Positions 1-15,744 of a DNA stretch of 64,000 nt are shown one piece after another. The number at the start of each line of letters is the position of its first letter. The first letter of the stretch is position 1. This DNA is from an uncultured Candidatus Binatia bacterium (GTDB taxonomy: Bacteria; Desulfobacterota; Binatia; UBA9968; JAJDTQ01), in the NCBI GenBank assembly GCA_964291295.2, contig OZ219754.1, positions 1,376,001 to 1,440,000 on the forward strand, read 5' to 3'. The position numbers were made by a program, and so were the translations under genes. The notes under the pieces are model-generated. The model searched no databases. It worked only from the letters and a program-made list of their open reading frames with translations, and was not told the origin of the DNA.

Positions 1-161
<161 letters not shown>

Positions 162-169
162 GAGGCATC

Positions 170-4297
<4,128 letters not shown>

Positions 4298-4299
4298 GG

Positions 4300-4328
4300 T
4301 TGACACTTCGCGGAAGTTTCGATAAGTT
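4300..4328 (+). promoter_or_regulatory. Putative sigma70 promoter of the str operon
   Basis: TTGACA (4300-4305), 17-nt spacer, TAAGTT (4323-4328), upstream of rpsL. Confidence 0.6.
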
Positions 4329-4435
4329 GGGCGGTTTATTGCAGCGACATTGCGAGAACGGGCGAAGACAGCCGACGACGGACCGGATCAAGACGGACAA
4401 TCAGGGACAAGCATAGAAATCGACAGACAGTCATC

Positions 4436-4807
4436 ATGCCTACGATAAACCAATTGGTCCGCAAGGGACGCGAAATACAGCGGCAGAAGAACACCGCGCC
4501 GGCACTCCAGGGCTGCCCGCAGAAGCGCGGCGTGTGTACCCGGGTTTATACCTCGACTCCGAAAAAGCCCAACTCGGCGCTGCGCAAGGTGGCCCGGGTA
4601 CGCTTGACCAACGGTACGGAGGTGACTTCCTACATTCCCGGCATCGGGCACAATCTGCAGGAGCACTCCGTGGTCCTTATCCGGGGCGGCCGGGTCAAGG
4701 ATCTGCCGGGCGTACGCTACCACATCATCCGTGGCGCGCTGGACTCCATCGGCGTTCAGGAACGCCGCCAGGGGCGCTCGAAGTACGGCACCAAGAAACC
4801 GAAGTAG
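4436..4807 (+). CDS. rpsL: 30S ribosomal protein S12
   Basis: [12 protein letters not shown]...[11 protein letters not shown]...[10 protein letters not shown]. Confidence 0.99.
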   Translation: MPTINQLVRKGREIQRQKNTAPALQGCPQKRGVCTRVYTSTPKKPNSALRKVARVRLTNGTEVTSYIPGIGHNLQEHSVVLIRGGRVKDLPGVRYHIIRGALDSIGVQERRQGRSKYGTKKPK

Positions 4808-4811
4808 GGAT

Positions 4812-5282
4812 ATGCCGCGCAAGGGTGAAATCAAGCGGCGGGAATTGCTCCCCGACCCCAAGTACGGCGACAAGCTGGTCACGAAGTTCATCAACAACAT
4901 GATGGGCCGTGGCAAGAAGAGCATCGCCGAGGGGATCCTGTATCGAGCGCTGGACATTATCGCGGGCAGGACCCGGACCGAACCGCTGGGCGTCTTCAAG
5001 CGGGCCGTGGACAACGTCAAGCCCATGGTGGAAGTTCGTTCCCGGCGGGTCGGAGGCGCCACCTACCAGGTGCCGGTGGAGGTGCGTCCCGACCGGCGGC
5101 TTTCGCTCAGCCTGCGCTGGCTGATCGGTGCGGCCAGGGCCAGAAGCGAAAAGGCCATGGACGAGAAGCTGGCCGGAGAGTTGATGGACGCCGCCGAGCA
5201 GCGGGGCAACGCTGTCAAGAGGAAGGACGACACGCACAGAATGGCCGAGGCGAACCGCGCGTTCGCCCATTACCGCTGGTAG
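4812..5282 (+). CDS. rpsG: 30S ribosomal protein S7
   Basis: [10 protein letters not shown]...[11 protein letters not shown]...[13 protein letters not shown]; start set at ATG 4812. Confidence 0.98.
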   Translation: MPRKGEIKRRELLPDPKYGDKLVTKFINNMMGRGKKSIAEGILYRALDIIAGRTRTEPLGVFKRAVDNVKPMVEVRSRRVGGATYQVPVEVRPDRRLSLSLRWLIGAARARSEKAMDEKLAGELMDAAEQRGNAVKRKDDTHRMAEANRAFAHYRW

Positions 5283-5307
5283 AAACCAGGTCCATCCACG
5301 TCCGTTC

Positions 5308-5343
5308 AAGGAGGCGGTAGAATCGAAACCGCCTCCTTTTTTT
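5308..5343 (+). terminator. Intrinsic terminator-like hairpin between rpsG and fusA
   Basis: AAGGAGGCGGT / ACCGCCTCCTT 11-bp stem running into a T tract. Confidence 0.65.
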
Positions 5344-5362
5344 GCCGTCGTGAAGACACGAG

Positions 5363-7447
5363 ATGAATAGAAAGATACCACTCGACCGGACCCGCAACAT
5401 CGGCATCATGGCCCACATTGATGCGGGCAAGACCACCACGACGGAGCGCGTGTTGTTCTATACCGGCATCAACTACAAGCTGGGCGAGGTGCATGACGGC
5501 ACCGCGACCATGGACTGGATGGTCCAGGAACAGGAGCGGGGAATCACCATCACCTCGGCGGCCACGACGTGCCACTGGCGGGACCACCGGATCAACATCA
5601 TCGACACCCCGGGCCACGTGGACTTCACCATCGAGGTGGAACGGTCGCTGCGTGTGCTGGACGGCGCCGTCGCGGTGTTCTGCGCGGTCGGGGGCGTGGA
5701 GCCCCAGTCCGAGACCGTGTGGCGCCAGGCCGACAAGTACGGCGTACCCAGGATCGCCTACATCAACAAGATGGACCGGGTCGGCGCGGACTTTTTCCGC
5801 GTGGTGAAGATGCTTGAGGAGCGGCTGGGGGCGCGTCCGCTCGTGATCCAGCTCCCGGTGGGGTCCGAAGACCGTTTCCAGGGGGTCGTGGACCTCGTGC
5901 GCATGAAGGCGATTCTGTGGGACAACGAGAACCTCGGCGCCAGCTTCCGGGTCGACTCGATACCGGCCGACCTGCGGGCCCGGGCGGACGAGTATCGCGA
6001 ACTCATGCTGGAGACGCTGGCGGACTGCGATGATGCCATCATGACGGCGTATCTCCAGGGTGACGAAATCTCCGACGAGTGGCTGGCCCGCGCCATCCGG
6101 GCCGCGGGGCTGAAGCTCCGGCTCGTGCCGGTGCTGTGCGGTGCCGCATTCCGGAACAAGGGCGTGCAAACGTTGCTGGACGCGGTCGTCGACTATCTCC
6201 CCTCGCCGCTGGACGTGCCGCCGATTCGCGGCACGGAACCGGACAGCGGCGAAGAGGAGGAACGGGTGACCTCGGACGACGCGCCTTTCTCCGCCTTGGC
6301 GTTCAAGATCATGGCCGATCCTTTCGTGGGGTCGTTGACGTTTTTCCGGGTCTATTCCGGAGTCCGCAAGTCCGGTGCGTTCGTCTACAACGCCTCCACC
6401 GGTCAGCGGGAGCGCCTGGGTCGTATCCTCAAGATGCACGCCAACAAGCGGGAGGAGACCGACGAGGTGTGCGCCGGCGACATCGCTGCGGCGGTGGGTC
6501 TGCGCAGCGCCAAGACGGGCGACACGCTCTGTGACGAGCACAGTCCCATTCTCCTGGAGTCCATCGACTTTCCGGAACCCGTCATCGCCATCGCCATCGA
6601 GCCGAAATCTCGTGACGACCAGGAAAAGCTGGCGTCCTCCCTCCAGAAGCTGGCCAAGGAGGATCCCTCCTTCAGGGTGACCGCCGACAACGAGACCGGT
6701 CAGACCCTGATCTCGGGCATGGGAGAGCTGCACCTCGAGGTCATCGTGGACCGGCTGCTGCGGGAATTCAGGGTGGACGCCAACGTCGGCAGGCCGCAGG
6801 TGGCGTACAAGGAGACCCTGCGCCGGACCGTGGAGCAGGAAGGCCGGTTCGTCCGCCAGTCCGGCGGGCGCGGGCAGTTCGGCCACGTCTTTCTGCGCCT
6901 CGAGCCCCAGCCGACGGGCAGCGGGTTCGAGTTCGTCAACGCCATCAAGGGTGGCGCGATACCGCAGGAATACGTCCCCGCGGTCCGGAACGGTATTGTC
7001 CAGGCCATGACCCGCGGCGGTCCGGTAGGATATCCCGTGGTGGATGTGAAGGCCACGCTTCTGGACGGCAGCTACCACGAAGTGGACTCTTCGGAGATGG
7101 CGTTCACCATCGCCGCCTCCATGGCCTTCAGGGAGGCGTTGCGCAAGGCCTCCCCGGTGTTGCTGGAGCCGGTTATGGATGTGGAGGTGGTGGTGCCGGA
7201 GGAATTCATGGGCGACGTTATCGGCGACATCGTCTCGCGCCGCGGCAAGATCCTGGGAATGACCGCCAGAGGCGGCGCGCAAGTGGTGGAGTCGCGCGTT
7301 CCCCTGTCGCGGATGTTTGGTTACGCCACGGACCTCAGGTCGAGGACCCAGGGCCGGGCGACCTACACGATGCAGTTCGCATGCTACGAGGAAGTGCCGG
7401 AAACCGCCAGGGAAGACATGCTCGGCGCGGAGGCGTGTGTCTCGTGA
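5363..7447 (+). CDS. fusA: Elongation factor G
   Basis: [19 protein letters not shown] and NKMD motifs; 694 aa; str operon position. Confidence 0.97.
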   Translation: MNRKIPLDRTRNIGIMAHIDAGKTTTTERVLFYTGINYKLGEVHDGTATMDWMVQEQERGITITSAATTCHWRDHRINIIDTPGHVDFTIEVERSLRVLDGAVAVFCAVGGVEPQSETVWRQADKYGVPRIAYINKMDRVGADFFRVVKMLEERLGARPLVIQLPVGSEDRFQGVVDLVRMKAILWDNENLGASFRVDSIPADLRARADEYRELMLETLADCDDAIMTAYLQGDEISDEWLARAIRAAGLKLRLVPVLCGAAFRNKGVQTLLDAVVDYLPSPLDVPPIRGTEPDSGEEEERVTSDDAPFSALAFKIMADPFVGSLTFFRVYSGVRKSGAFVYNASTGQRERLGRILKMHANKREETDEVCAGDIAAAVGLRSAKTGDTLCDEHSPILLESIDFPEPVIAIAIEPKSRDDQEKLASSLQKLAKEDPSFRVTADNETGQTLISGMGELHLEVIVDRLLREFRVDANVGRPQVAYKETLRRTVEQEGRFVRQSGGRGQFGHVFLRLEPQPTGSGFEFVNAIKGGAIPQEYVPAVRNGIVQAMTRGGPVGYPVVDVKATLLDGSYHEVDSSEMAFTIAASMAFREALRKASPVLLEPVMDVEVVVPEEFMGDVIGDIVSRRGKILGMTARGGAQVVESRVPLSRMFGYATDLRSRTQGRATYTMQFACYEEVPETAREDMLGAEACVS

Positions 7448-7480
7448 CCCACGCGCGCGCGATTCGACAGGGGTAAGGGT

Positions 7481-7789
7481 GTGAACGAGAAAATCCGCAT
7501 TCGGCTCCGGGCCTACGACCATCGGGTCCTCGACCAGTCGGTGGGCGAGATCGTCGAGACCGTCAAGAGGACCGGAGGGCGGGTCGCCGGCCCCATCCCC
7601 CTTCCGACGCGAATCGAGAGGTTCACGGTGAACCGGTCCCCGCACGTGGACAAGAAGTCCCGGGAGCAGTTCGAGGTGCGTACCCACAAGCGGTTGCTGG
7701 ACATTCTCGAGCCCACCCAGCAGACCATCGACGCCTTGGGCAAGCTGGACTTGGCGGCCGGCGTCGATGTGGAGATCAAGCTTCAGTAG
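7481..7789 (+). CDS. rpsJ: 30S ribosomal protein S10
   Basis: [10 protein letters not shown]...GPIPLPT...[13 protein letters not shown]. Confidence 0.99.
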   Translation: MNEKIRIRLRAYDHRVLDQSVGEIVETVKRTGGRVAGPIPLPTRIERFTVNRSPHVDKKSREQFEVRTHKRLLDILEPTQQTIDALGKLDLAAGVDVEIKLQ

Positions 7790-7798
7790 GCTGGAACG

Positions 7799-8431
7799 AT
7801 GACAGGTCTCATAGGAAAGAAGATCGGCATGAGCCAGCGTTTCGACGACACGGGCAACGTGGTGCCCGTGACGGTGGTGGAAACCGGTCCGTGCGTGGTG
7901 GTGCAGAAGAAGGATGTGGCCCGGGATGGCTACAACGCTCTGCAGCTCGGCTTCGGGAGGCAGAAGAACCAGCGCGTCAACCGTCCGCTGCGGGGCCACA
8001 TGGCCAAGGCCGAGAAGGGCTCCTTCCGGGTGCTTCGGGAGTTCAGGGTGGATGACGTCTCTGGCTACGAGGTGGGCCAGGAGCTCGCGGTGGCGGATCT
8101 GGTCAAGCCGGGAGACCGGGTGGATGTCACCGGCACCTCCAAGGGCCGGGGCTTCGCCGGTGTCATGAAGCGCTGGGACTTTCGCGGGTTTTCCCGGACC
8201 CACGGCACCCACGAGTACTTTCGGCACGGCGGCTCCATCGGCAATCGTTCCTATCCGGGCAAGGTCTTCAAGGGCAAGAGGATGGCCGGGCATTGGGGAA
8301 GCGAGAGAGTATCGATCCAGAACCTTCGGGTGGTCGAGGTCCGTCCCGAAGAGAACCTGCTTCTGGTCAAGGGCGCCATTCCGGGAGCGAACGGCGGCCT
8401 GGTGCTGGTCCGGCGGGCCGTCAAGGGGTAG
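7799..8431 (+). CDS. rplC: 50S ribosomal protein L3
   Basis: GLIGKKIGMSQ...SKGRGFAGVMKRW; S10 operon order. Confidence 0.98.
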   Translation: MTGLIGKKIGMSQRFDDTGNVVPVTVVETGPCVVVQKKDVARDGYNALQLGFGRQKNQRVNRPLRGHMAKAEKGSFRVLREFRVDDVSGYEVGQELAVADLVKPGDRVDVTGTSKGRGFAGVMKRWDFRGFSRTHGTHEYFRHGGSIGNRSYPGKVFKGKRMAGHWGSERVSIQNLRVVEVRPEENLLLVKGAIPGANGGLVLVRRAVKG

Positions 8432-8436
8432 GGGGA

Positions 8437-9033
8437 ATGGAATTTCGCAGGATCGAGCCGGTGCTTTCGGAGGGTATATTCGGTGTGGCGGTTCGCCCGC
8501 ACCTGCTGCATCAGGCGGTGGTCATGCAGTTGAACAACCGGCGCGCCGGCACGGCGTCCACCAAGACCCGCGGTCGTGTCCGCGGCAGCGGCAGGAAGCC
8601 GTGGCGCCAGAAGGGTTCGGGGCGGGCCCGTGCCGGCAGCGTGCGGTCGCCCATCTGGGTCGGTGGCGGAACCGTCTTCGGACCCCTGCCCCGGGACTAT
8701 TCGTACCGGATACCCAAGAAGGCCCGCCGCCAGGCGATCCTGTCCGCCCTCAGCCTGAAGCGCCGGGAAGAGAAGCTGGTGGTGGTGGAGCCCGAAGCGG
8801 TGTCCGAGATCAAGACCCGCCTCATGGCCGAGGCGCTGGCGGCGCTGGGGGTCGGGCGCTCGTTGCTGGTGATCGCCGAGGGCGACGAGAAGATCGAGTT
8901 GTCGGCGCGCAATCTGCCGAACGTGAAAGTGTTGCGGGTGGTCGGGCTGAATGTCTACGACCTGCTCCGTTTCGAATACCTGGTGCTGACTCGAGGGGCG
9001 TTGCAGAAGATCGAAGAGAGGTTTTCGCAATGA
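8437..9033 (+). CDS. rplD: 50S ribosomal protein L4
   Basis: GTASTKTRG...[15 protein letters not shown]; start set at ATG 8437. Confidence 0.96.
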   Translation: MEFRRIEPVLSEGIFGVAVRPHLLHQAVVMQLNNRRAGTASTKTRGRVRGSGRKPWRQKGSGRARAGSVRSPIWVGGGTVFGPLPRDYSYRIPKKARRQAILSALSLKRREEKLVVVEPEAVSEIKTRLMAEALAALGVGRSLLVIAEGDEKIELSARNLPNVKVLRVVGLNVYDLLRFEYLVLTRGALQKIEERFSQ

Positions 9034-9320
9034 GGGGCGTTCGGGATGCCGTTCTCGGTCCGCTGATCTCGGAGAAGGGTTCGATGCTGGCGGAGTCGTC
9101 GAACCAGGTAATTTTCAAGGTCCGCCCGGATGCCAACAAGATAGAGATCCGGAAACAGGTGGAGGCGCTGTTCAAGGTCACGGTGCTGGAGGTGAGGACC
9201 GCGCGCTACCTGGGCAAGATGCGCCGTGTCCGCAGGAACACCGGACGGTTGCCGCTGTGGAAGAAGGCGTTCGTCACCCTGAAGGAAGGCGATCGCATCG
9301 ACTTCTTCGGTGTCGGATAG
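9030..9320 (+). CDS. rplW: 50S ribosomal protein L23
   Basis: PLISEK...ANKIEI...[11 protein letters not shown]; ATGA overlap with rplD. Confidence 0.96.
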   Translation: MRGVRDAVLGPLISEKGSMLAESSNQVIFKVRPDANKIEIRKQVEALFKVTVLEVRTARYLGKMRRVRRNTGRLPLWKKAFVTLKEGDRIDFFGVG

Positions 9321-9335
9321 GGAGGGTTGTCGTCC

Positions 9336-10163
9336 ATGTCCATCAAGAGCCGCCGTCCGACGTCTCCGGGACGCCGTTTTTCCACCGGTTTCGGGTTCGA
9401 GGAAATAACCGGGGATTCGCCGCACAAGGCGTTGTTGCGGCCGCTCAAGGGTCATGGTGGACGCAACAACACCGGCAGGATCACCAAGGACCACCGCGGC
9501 GGCGGGCACAAGCGGCGTTATCGCTCCATCGACTTCAAGCGGGACAAGAAGGGAGTCGCCGGCCGGGTCGAGTCCATCGAGTACGATCCGAATCGCTCGG
9601 CCCGGGTGGCGCTCGTCTGCTACCTCGACGGCGAGCGGCGCTACATCCTGGCCCCGAACAAGCTCAAGGTGGGAAGCCGGATCGTCTCCGGCGACCAGGA
9701 TGTGGACATCCAGCCGGGGAATTCCATGCCCCTGCGGTACGTCCCCACCGGAACGCTGGTCCACAATGTCGAGTTGAAGGCCGGCAAGGGAGGGCAGATC
9801 GTCCGCACGGCGGGTGCCTCGGCCCAGGTGATGGCCAAGGAGGGGTTCTATACGCTGCTCAAGCTGCCGTCCGGGGAGTTGCGCAATGTGCGCTCCGAGT
9901 GCCGCGCCACCATCGGCGAGGTGGGCAACAGCGACTACGAGAATGTGACCTATGGAAAGGCGGGCCGGTCCCGCTGGATGGGCCGCCGGCCAGTCACCCG
10001 GGGCATCGCCAAGAACCCCGTCGATCATCCGCACGGCGGCGGCGAGGGCCAGTCCAAGGGCAATCACCCGCAGACGCCTTGGGGCAAGCCCACCAAGGGC
10101 TATCGGACCCGCGGCGTCAAGCCGTCCGACAAGTACATCGTGAAGCGCAGAAAGGGACAGTAG
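9336..10163 (+). CDS. rplB: 50S ribosomal protein L2
   Basis: [10 protein letters not shown]...IEYDPNRSA...[12 protein letters not shown]. Confidence 0.98.
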   Translation: MSIKSRRPTSPGRRFSTGFGFEEITGDSPHKALLRPLKGHGGRNNTGRITKDHRGGGHKRRYRSIDFKRDKKGVAGRVESIEYDPNRSARVALVCYLDGERRYILAPNKLKVGSRIVSGDQDVDIQPGNSMPLRYVPTGTLVHNVELKAGKGGQIVRTAGASAQVMAKEGFYTLLKLPSGELRNVRSECRATIGEVGNSDYENVTYGKAGRSRWMGRRPVTRGIAKNPVDHPHGGGEGQSKGNHPQTPWGKPTKGYRTRGVKPSDKYIVKRRKGQ

Positions 10164-10165
10164 CC

Positions 10166-10456
10166 ATGGCTCGTTCGATCAAGAAGGGTCCTTTCGTGGA
10201 CGACCACCTGGAGCGCAAGATCGAGGAGATGAACCGGTCCCAGGCCCGTCGGGTGGTCAAGACCTGGTCCCGGCGTTCCACTGTCACCCCGGACATGATC
10301 GGTCATACCATTGCGGTGCACAACGGGCGCAAGTTCCTGCCGGTCTTCGTGACCGAGAACATGGTGGGGCACAAGCTCGGAGAGTTCTCGCCCACGCGTA
10401 CGTTTCACGGCCACGCGGGCGACCGCCGGGGCGACGCCCGGGGCGTGAGGAGATAG
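10166..10456 (+). CDS. rpsS: 30S ribosomal protein S19
   Basis: [12 protein letters not shown]...TWSRRST...[11 protein letters not shown]. Confidence 0.98.
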   Translation: MARSIKKGPFVDDHLERKIEEMNRSQARRVVKTWSRRSTVTPDMIGHTIAVHNGRKFLPVFVTENMVGHKLGEFSPTRTFHGHAGDRRGDARGVRR

Positions 10457-10459
10457 GGA

Positions 10460-10795
10460 ATGGAGGCCCGCGCGGTTACGAAGTTTGCTCGAGTCTCGCC
10501 GCGCAAGATGAGGCTCGTGGTGGACCAGGTAAGAGGCCGGTCGGTGGAGGACGCGCTGACGATTCTCAAGTTCGTGCCCAAGGGCTGCGCGGGCATCGTC
10601 GCCAAGACCCTCCGGTCGGCGGTGGCCAACGCGGAGAACACGCAAAACGTGGACGTGGATCTTCTGTATGTCAAGACGGCCGAAGTCGGCCAGGCGGGGA
10701 TGTGGAAGCGGTTCATGCCGCGCGGCATGGGCCGTGCCAACCGAATCCGCAAGCGCCTCAGTCATCTGACCGTTGTCGTTGACGAAAGGGCCTGA
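10460..10795 (+). CDS. rplV: 50S ribosomal protein L22
   Basis: [10 protein letters not shown]...SAVANA...[12 protein letters not shown]. Confidence 0.97.
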   Translation: MEARAVTKFARVSPRKMRLVVDQVRGRSVEDALTILKFVPKGCAGIVAKTLRSAVANAENTQNVDVDLLYVKTAEVGQAGMWKRFMPRGMGRANRIRKRLSHLTVVVDERA

Positions 10796-10797
10796 GC

Positions 10798-11460
10798 ATG
10801 GGACAGAAAACGCACCCCAAGGTTTTCCGCATGCGCGTCATCGAGTCATGGGACTCGAAGTGGTACGGGGGACACGACTACGCCGAGCTGCTGCACGAGG
10901 ATCTCCGGATCAAGGGTTTCATCAAGGAGCGGCTTCATCACGCGGGCATCTCCAGGATCGAGATCGAACGGGCCACCAACAAGGCCAAGATCAACATCCA
11001 CACGGCTCGTCCCGGCATCGTCATCGGCAAGAAGGGTGCGGAGATCGAGAAGCTCAAGGGCGAGTTGGGCAAACTCTCCACGCGGGAAGTCTTCATCAAT
11101 ATCCATGAGGTGAGAAGGCCCGACCTGGATGCGCAGCTGGTGGCGGAAAACGTCGCCCTGCAGCTCGAACGGCGCGTGGCGTTCCGCCGGGCCATGAAGG
11201 AGAGCGTTTCCCGGGCATTGCGAATGGGCGCCCAGGGTATCCGGGTGCAGTGCGGCGGCCGGCTGGGAGGCCAGGAGATCGCGCGCAGGGAATGGTATCG
11301 CGAAGGACGTGTACCGCTGCATACGTTGCGCGCCGACGTGAGCTACGGTCTCGCCGAGGCCAAGACCACCTACGGCGTCATCGGCGTCAAGGCGTGGATC
11401 TTCCGCGGCGAGATCCTGACGAAGCAGGAAGAGCAGCAGAAGGCCTCCCTGGGGCTGTAG
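10798..11460 (+). CDS. rpsC: 30S ribosomal protein S3
   Basis: MGQKTHP...[11 protein letters not shown]...[12 protein letters not shown]. Confidence 0.98.
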   Translation: MGQKTHPKVFRMRVIESWDSKWYGGHDYAELLHEDLRIKGFIKERLHHAGISRIEIERATNKAKINIHTARPGIVIGKKGAEIEKLKGELGKLSTREVFINIHEVRRPDLDAQLVAENVALQLERRVAFRRAMKESVSRALRMGAQGIRVQCGGRLGGQEIARREWYREGRVPLHTLRADVSYGLAEAKTTYGVIGVKAWIFRGEILTKQEEQQKASLGL

Positions 11461-11479
11461 GCCGTGGGCGGATCGAACC

Positions 11480-11884
11480 ATGCTTGAGCCAAAGAAGATC
11501 AAGTACCGCAAGGTGCAGAAGGGGCGCCGGGGCGGGTTTGCCGGACGCGGTTCCAGCCTCGCCTTCGGCGACTACGGCCTGAAGTCCGTGGACCGGGGTT
11601 ACGTGACGGCGCGCCAGATCGAAGCCGCCCGAATCGCGCTGACCCGTTACCTGAAGCGCCATGGGAAGATCTGGATCCGGATCTTTCCCGACAAGCCCAC
11701 CACCAAGAAGCCCGCCGAGGTCCGGATGGGCAAGGGCAAGGGGCCGCTGCACGCCTGGGTGGCGGTGGTCAAGCCGGGCAGGCTGTTGTTCGAGATCGAG
11801 GGGGTCCAGCGGGACGCGGCCAAGGAAGCGTTCCGGCTCGCCTCGTGCAAGCTGGGTCTGGCCACCGCGTTCGTGGAGCGGTAA
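11480..11884 (+). CDS. rplP: 50S ribosomal protein L16
   Basis: QIEAARIA...IFPDKP...RMGKGKG. Confidence 0.98.
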   Translation: MLEPKKIKYRKVQKGRRGGFAGRGSSLAFGDYGLKSVDRGYVTARQIEAARIALTRYLKRHGKIWIRIFPDKPTTKKPAEVRMGKGKGPLHAWVAVVKPGRLLFEIEGVQRDAAKEAFRLASCKLGLATAFVER

Positions 11885-11897
11885 GCGGGAGTTCCTG

Positions 11898-12095
11898 ATG
11901 CGCACGAAGGAGCTGCGGGATCTGAGTCGGGACGAGTTGCGGCAGAAGCGTACGGAGTTCAAGGAGCAGATATTTCATCTGACTCTGCGCCGTGCCACGG
12001 GCCAGCTCGAAAGCCCCATGAAGTTGCGGCAGTCGCGGCGCGACCTGGCCCGGGTGGAGACGATCCTGAGAGAGCGCCGGTCTTCCGGAGAGTGA
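11898..12095 (+). CDS. rpmC: 50S ribosomal protein L29
   Basis: [10 protein letters not shown]...TGQLE...[13 protein letters not shown]; between rplP and rpsQ. Confidence 0.95.
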   Translation: MRTKELRDLSRDELRQKRTEFKEQIFHLTLRRATGQLESPMKLRQSRRDLARVETILRERRSSGE

Positions 12096-12105
12096 GAAGG
12101 CGAAC

Positions 12106-12396
12106 ATGAGCGAGCGTGGTGTCACGAAACAGCGTGAGGGCGTGGTGCGGACCAATCGAATGACCAAGACCGTCGTCGTCGAGTTGGAACGGACCATTCT
12201 GCACGCCCGGTACAAGAAATACCTCCGGCGCAGGATCAAGGTGAAGGCCCACGACGAAAACAACCGGTGTCAGGTGGGGGATCGCGTCGTCATTGTCGAG
12301 TGCCGGCCGTTGAGCCGCCAGAAGCGGTGGCGTGTGAGCCGGATCCTGAACCGCCCCGCCGGCGCTGAGACGCCGGTGCACCGCACAGAGGTCTAG
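12106..12396 (+). CDS. rpsQ: 30S ribosomal protein S17
   Basis: MTKTVVV...KAHDENN...ECRPLS. Confidence 0.97.
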   Translation: MSERGVTKQREGVVRTNRMTKTVVVELERTILHARYKKYLRRRIKVKAHDENNRCQVGDRVVIVECRPLSRQKRWRVSRILNRPAGAETPVHRTEV

Positions 12397-12400
12397 TTCG

Positions 12401-12769
12401 ATGATACAAGTGGGGACCGTGCTGGACGTGGCGGACAATTCGGGTGCCAGGAGAGTCCAGTGCATCAAGGTGCTTGGAGGGACGAGGCGCAAGTACGCCA
12501 CCGTTGGCGACGTCGTCGTCGTGTCCGTCAAGGAAGCGATGCCCAACTCCAGGGTGCCCAAGGGCGAAGTGGTCCGGGCGGTGGTGGTGCGCACCGCCAA
12601 GGAGCTCAGCCGGGTGGATGGTTCGTATATCCGCTTCGACAACAATTCGGCGGTGTTGATCGACAACCAGAAGGAGCCGGTGGGCACGCGAATTTTTGGC
12701 CCGGTGGCGCGGGAACTGAGGGCGAAACGGTTCATGAAGATCGTTTCGCTGGCACCGGAGGTGCTGTAG
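12401..12769 (+). CDS. rplN: 50S ribosomal protein L14
   Basis: VADNSGA...[13 protein letters not shown]...SLAPEVL. Confidence 0.99.
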   Translation: MIQVGTVLDVADNSGARRVQCIKVLGGTRRKYATVGDVVVVSVKEAMPNSRVPKGEVVRAVVVRTAKELSRVDGSYIRFDNNSAVLIDNQKEPVGTRIFGPVARELRAKRFMKIVSLAPEVL

Positions 12770-13077
12770 TGCGGGTCCGCAAGAATGATACCGTATTGGT
12801 GGTCGCCGGCAAGGAACGGGGGAAGACCGGCAAGGTCATCAAGGTGTTGCCGAAGAAGAGCCGTTTGTTCATCGAACGGGTGAATCTCGTCAAGCGCCAC
12901 ACCCGGCCCCGCAACGCCCGGGAGCCCGGAGGGATTGCGGAGAAGGAGGCCTCGATTCACGTCTCCAACGTCATGATCATGTGCGACCCCTGCAATGCCC
13001 CGGTCCGGGTCGGCCACAAGATTCTCGAGGACGGGCAGAAGGTGCGCATTTGCCGCCGTTGCGGCCAAGGGCTGTGA
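12769..13077 (+). CDS. rplX: 50S ribosomal protein L24
   Basis: GTG start; [21 protein letters not shown] (KOW motif)...EASIHVSNV. Confidence 0.95.
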   Translation: MRVRKNDTVLVVAGKERGKTGKVIKVLPKKSRLFIERVNLVKRHTRPRNAREPGGIAEKEASIHVSNVMIMCDPCNAPVRVGHKILEDGQKVRICRRCGQGL

Positions 13078-13117
13078 TGACCCGGCAGGGCGGCCGCGCG
13101 GCGTGGATCAGGATTCG

Positions 13118-13681
13118 ATGATGGTCAGGCTGGAACAGAAATACAACGAGGCGATCGTGCCCGCCATGATGGCGCGGTTCGCCTACCGCAACAGGCTCCA
13201 GGTTCCCCGGCTGCGGCACATCTCCATCAACGTCTGCATCGGTGAGGCGGTGCAGAACGCCAAGCTGCTGGACGCCGCGGTGGCGGAGTTGGCCGCCATC
13301 AGCGGCCAGCGTCCCGTGGTGACCCGGGCGCGCAAGGACATCTCCAACTTCAAGCTCCGCCGAGGCAATCCCATCGGCTGCATGGTGACCCTGCGACGGG
13401 CGCGGATGTACGAGTTTCTGGATCGTCTGATACAGGTGGCGCTTCCCCAGGTGAGGGACTTCAAGGGCGTGTCGGACCGGTCCTTCGACGGCTGCGGCAA
13501 CTATTCGCTGGGGGTCCGCGAGCAGATCATATTTCCCGAAGTGAGAGCCGAGGCGGTGGAACGACTTCACGGGCTGACGGTGTCCATCGTGACCACCGCC
13601 CGGAGCGATGAGGAGGGCAGGGCGCTGCTCGGGCATCTCGGAATGCCGTTCACCAGGGACGGGGGTACGACAAGTGGCTAA
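13118..13681 (+). CDS. rplE: 50S ribosomal protein L5
   Basis: [11 protein letters not shown]...FKLR...LPQVRDFKG...EQIIFPE. Confidence 0.96.
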   Translation: MMVRLEQKYNEAIVPAMMARFAYRNRLQVPRLRHISINVCIGEAVQNAKLLDAAVAELAAISGQRPVVTRARKDISNFKLRRGNPIGCMVTLRRARMYEFLDRLIQVALPQVRDFKGVSDRSFDGCGNYSLGVREQIIFPEVRAEAVERLHGLTVSIVTTARSDEEGRALLGHLGMPFTRDGGTTSG

Positions 13682-13859
13682 GAAGTGTCTGCGCATCAAG
13701 GCGGACAGGACGCCGAAGTTCAAGGTGCGACAATACAACCGCTGCACGCTTTGCGGCAGGGCCCGGGCCTTTTATCGGCGGTTCCGGATGTGCCGGATCT
13801 GCCTCCGGCTGTACGCCCGTCGGGGAGAGATTCCCGGAGTCATCAAGGCGAGCTGGTAG
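13674..13859 (+). CDS. rpsN: 30S ribosomal protein S14, Zn-binding (type Z)
   Basis: 61 aa; RCTLCGR...CRIC...PGVIKASW. Confidence 0.96.
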   Translation: MAKKCLRIKADRTPKFKVRQYNRCTLCGRARAFYRRFRMCRICLRLYARRGEIPGVIKASW

Positions 13860-13874
13860 GAGGCGAGGTTCCGC

Positions 13875-14279
13875 ATGAGCATGACCGACCCCATCGCGGA
13901 TTTGCTGACACGGATGCGCAACGGCGGGATGGCGAAGCATGAAACCGTGGACGTGCCGTGGTCCCGACTCAAGGAAGAGATCGTGAAGGTGCTGGTCGCG
14001 GAAGGGTATGTGATGCAGTTCCGGCGCATCAAGGTCCGGGGCCGGGTACAGGATACGCTGCAGGTCCATCTGAAGTACGACCGGAACCATCAACCGGTGC
14101 TGAGCGAGCTGAAGCGGGTGAGCCGCCCGGGGCGGCGGGTCTATGTCGGCTACAGGGACATCCACCCGGTTCGCCGGGGCCTGGGAACCCACATCCTGTC
14201 CACCTCCAGGGGCATTGTCGCGGACCGGGAGGCGGTCAAGGCCGGGGTCGGCGGCGAATTGCTCTGTTCGGTCAGCTAG
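13875..14279 (+). CDS. rpsH: 30S ribosomal protein S8
   Basis: MSMTDPIADLLTRMRN...SRPGRRVY...GGELLC. Confidence 0.98.
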   Translation: MSMTDPIADLLTRMRNGGMAKHETVDVPWSRLKEEIVKVLVAEGYVMQFRRIKVRGRVQDTLQVHLKYDRNHQPVLSELKRVSRPGRRVYVGYRDIHPVRRGLGTHILSTSRGIVADREAVKAGVGGELLCSVS

Positions 14280-14289
14280 CGGGTGTCTC

Positions 14290-14837
14290 GTGTCACGTAT
14301 AGGAAAACTGCCGATCGTCGTGCCTGGAGGCGTCAAGGTGACCCTGGAGGGCGCCGAAGTACGGCTCCATGGTCCAAGGGGGCGTTGTCCCACACCATTC
14401 CCCAGGGCATCGAGGCGGCCGTGGACGGCGCCACGCTCCGGGTCCATCGGAAGGAGGAGACCAAGGTCGCGAAGTCGCTGCACGGGCTGACCCGCAAGCT
14501 CCTGGCGAACATGGTCGAGGGCGTCAGCACCGGCTTCAGGAAGGTGCTGGAGATCAACGGCGTGGGTTACCGGGCGGAGTTCAAGGACCAGGCGCTGCAT
14601 CTGACGTTGGGATTCTCCCACCCCATCGTGTTTCCGCTGCCGGCGGGCGTATCGGCGTCGGTGGAACGGCAGACGGTGATCACCCTGGAGTCCCACGACA
14701 GGCAGGTGTTGGGTCAGGTAGCCGCCGAGGTGCGCCGTTTCCGTCCGCCGGAGCCCTACAAGGGCAAGGGTATCCGCTATCAGGGCGAGGTCGTCCAGCG
14801 GAAGGCGGGCAAGGCCATGGGCAGCGGCGGGGGCTGA
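14290..14837 (+). CDS. rplF: 50S ribosomal protein L6, with a 1-bp frameshift near 14375 (probably a sequence error)
   Basis: N-terminus MSRIGKLPIVVPGGV...HGP is in one frame; KGALSHTIP...GVGYRA...PEPYKGKGIRY is in another. Span is 548 nt and one added base restores GPKGAL. Confidence 0.9.
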
Positions 14838-14859
14838 GCGAACCGGATCGGGTGCATTG

Positions 14860-15222
14860 ATGGTGACCAACAGGAAAGTTCTGAACCGCAAGCGGCGGCA
14901 GCGAAGCGTGCGGAAGCGAATCACCGGCAGCGACGCCTGTCCCCGGCTTTGCGTGTACCGCAGTTCCAGACATATCTACGCGCAGGTCATTTCCGACGAG
15001 CGCGGGGTGACCCTGCTGAGCGCATCGACGCTGTCCAGGGAGGCCGCCGGCTCCGAGGGAGACAGGGGGGTCGAGGCGGCCCGGCAGGTGGGTCTGCGGA
15101 TCGCGAAGTTGTGCGAGGCGGAACATATCTCCCGGGTGGTGTTCGACAGAAACGGCTTTCTCTTTCACGGACGGGTCAAGGCGCTGGCGGAGGCTGCGCG
15201 GGAGGCCGGCCTCGTCTTCTGA
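14860..15222 (+). CDS. rplR: 50S ribosomal protein L18
   Basis: [15 protein letters not shown]...[21 protein letters not shown]. Confidence 0.97.
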   Translation: MVTNRKVLNRKRRQRSVRKRITGSDACPRLCVYRSSRHIYAQVISDERGVTLLSASTLSREAAGSEGDRGVEAARQVGLRIAKLCEAEHISRVVFDRNGFLFHGRVKALAEAAREAGLVF

Positions 15223-15235
15223 ATCGGGGGTTTTC

Positions 15236-15733
15236 TTGGAAAAGGTCGATCCGCAGGGCTTGGAGCTCAAGGAGAAGGTCATCCACATCAGCCGGGTGGC
15301 AAAGGTGGTGAAGGGTGGACGGCGTTTCAGTTTCAACGCGCTGGTGGTGGTGGGTGACGAGGCTTCCGTGGTCGGATACGGATTGGGCAAGGCCAACGAG
15401 GTGCCCGAGGCGATCCGCAAGGGGGTCGAGCATGCCAAGAAGACACTGCTGCGGGTGCCGCTGGTGGACGACAGTATCCCTTACGAGGTCACGGGTCGTT
15501 TCGGCGCCGGGCATGTCCTGCTCAAGCCCGCGGCGCCCGGGACGGGTGTCATCGCCGGTGCCGGCGTGAGAGCCGTGGTGGAAGCGGCCGGTATTCCCAA
15601 TGTCCTCAGCAAGTGCATCGGCTCCAACAATCCGCACAACCTCGTCAAGGCCACCTTCGAGGCTCTCAGGAGCCTCAAGTCTCCCCAGGAGGTGTCGGAT
15701 CTCAGGGGCAAGCCGCTGGCGGAGATTCGGTAA
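15236..15733 (+). CDS. rpsE: 30S ribosomal protein S5
   Basis: [14 protein letters not shown]...[12 protein letters not shown]...GTGVIAG; TTG start. Confidence 0.98.
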   Translation: MEKVDPQGLELKEKVIHISRVAKVVKGGRRFSFNALVVVGDEASVVGYGLGKANEVPEAIRKGVEHAKKTLLRVPLVDDSIPYEVTGRFGAGHVLLKPAAPGTGVIAGAGVRAVVEAAGIPNVLSKCIGSNNPHNLVKATFEALRSLKSPQEVSDLRGKPLAEIR

Positions 15734-15744
15734 GGAACGATTTG

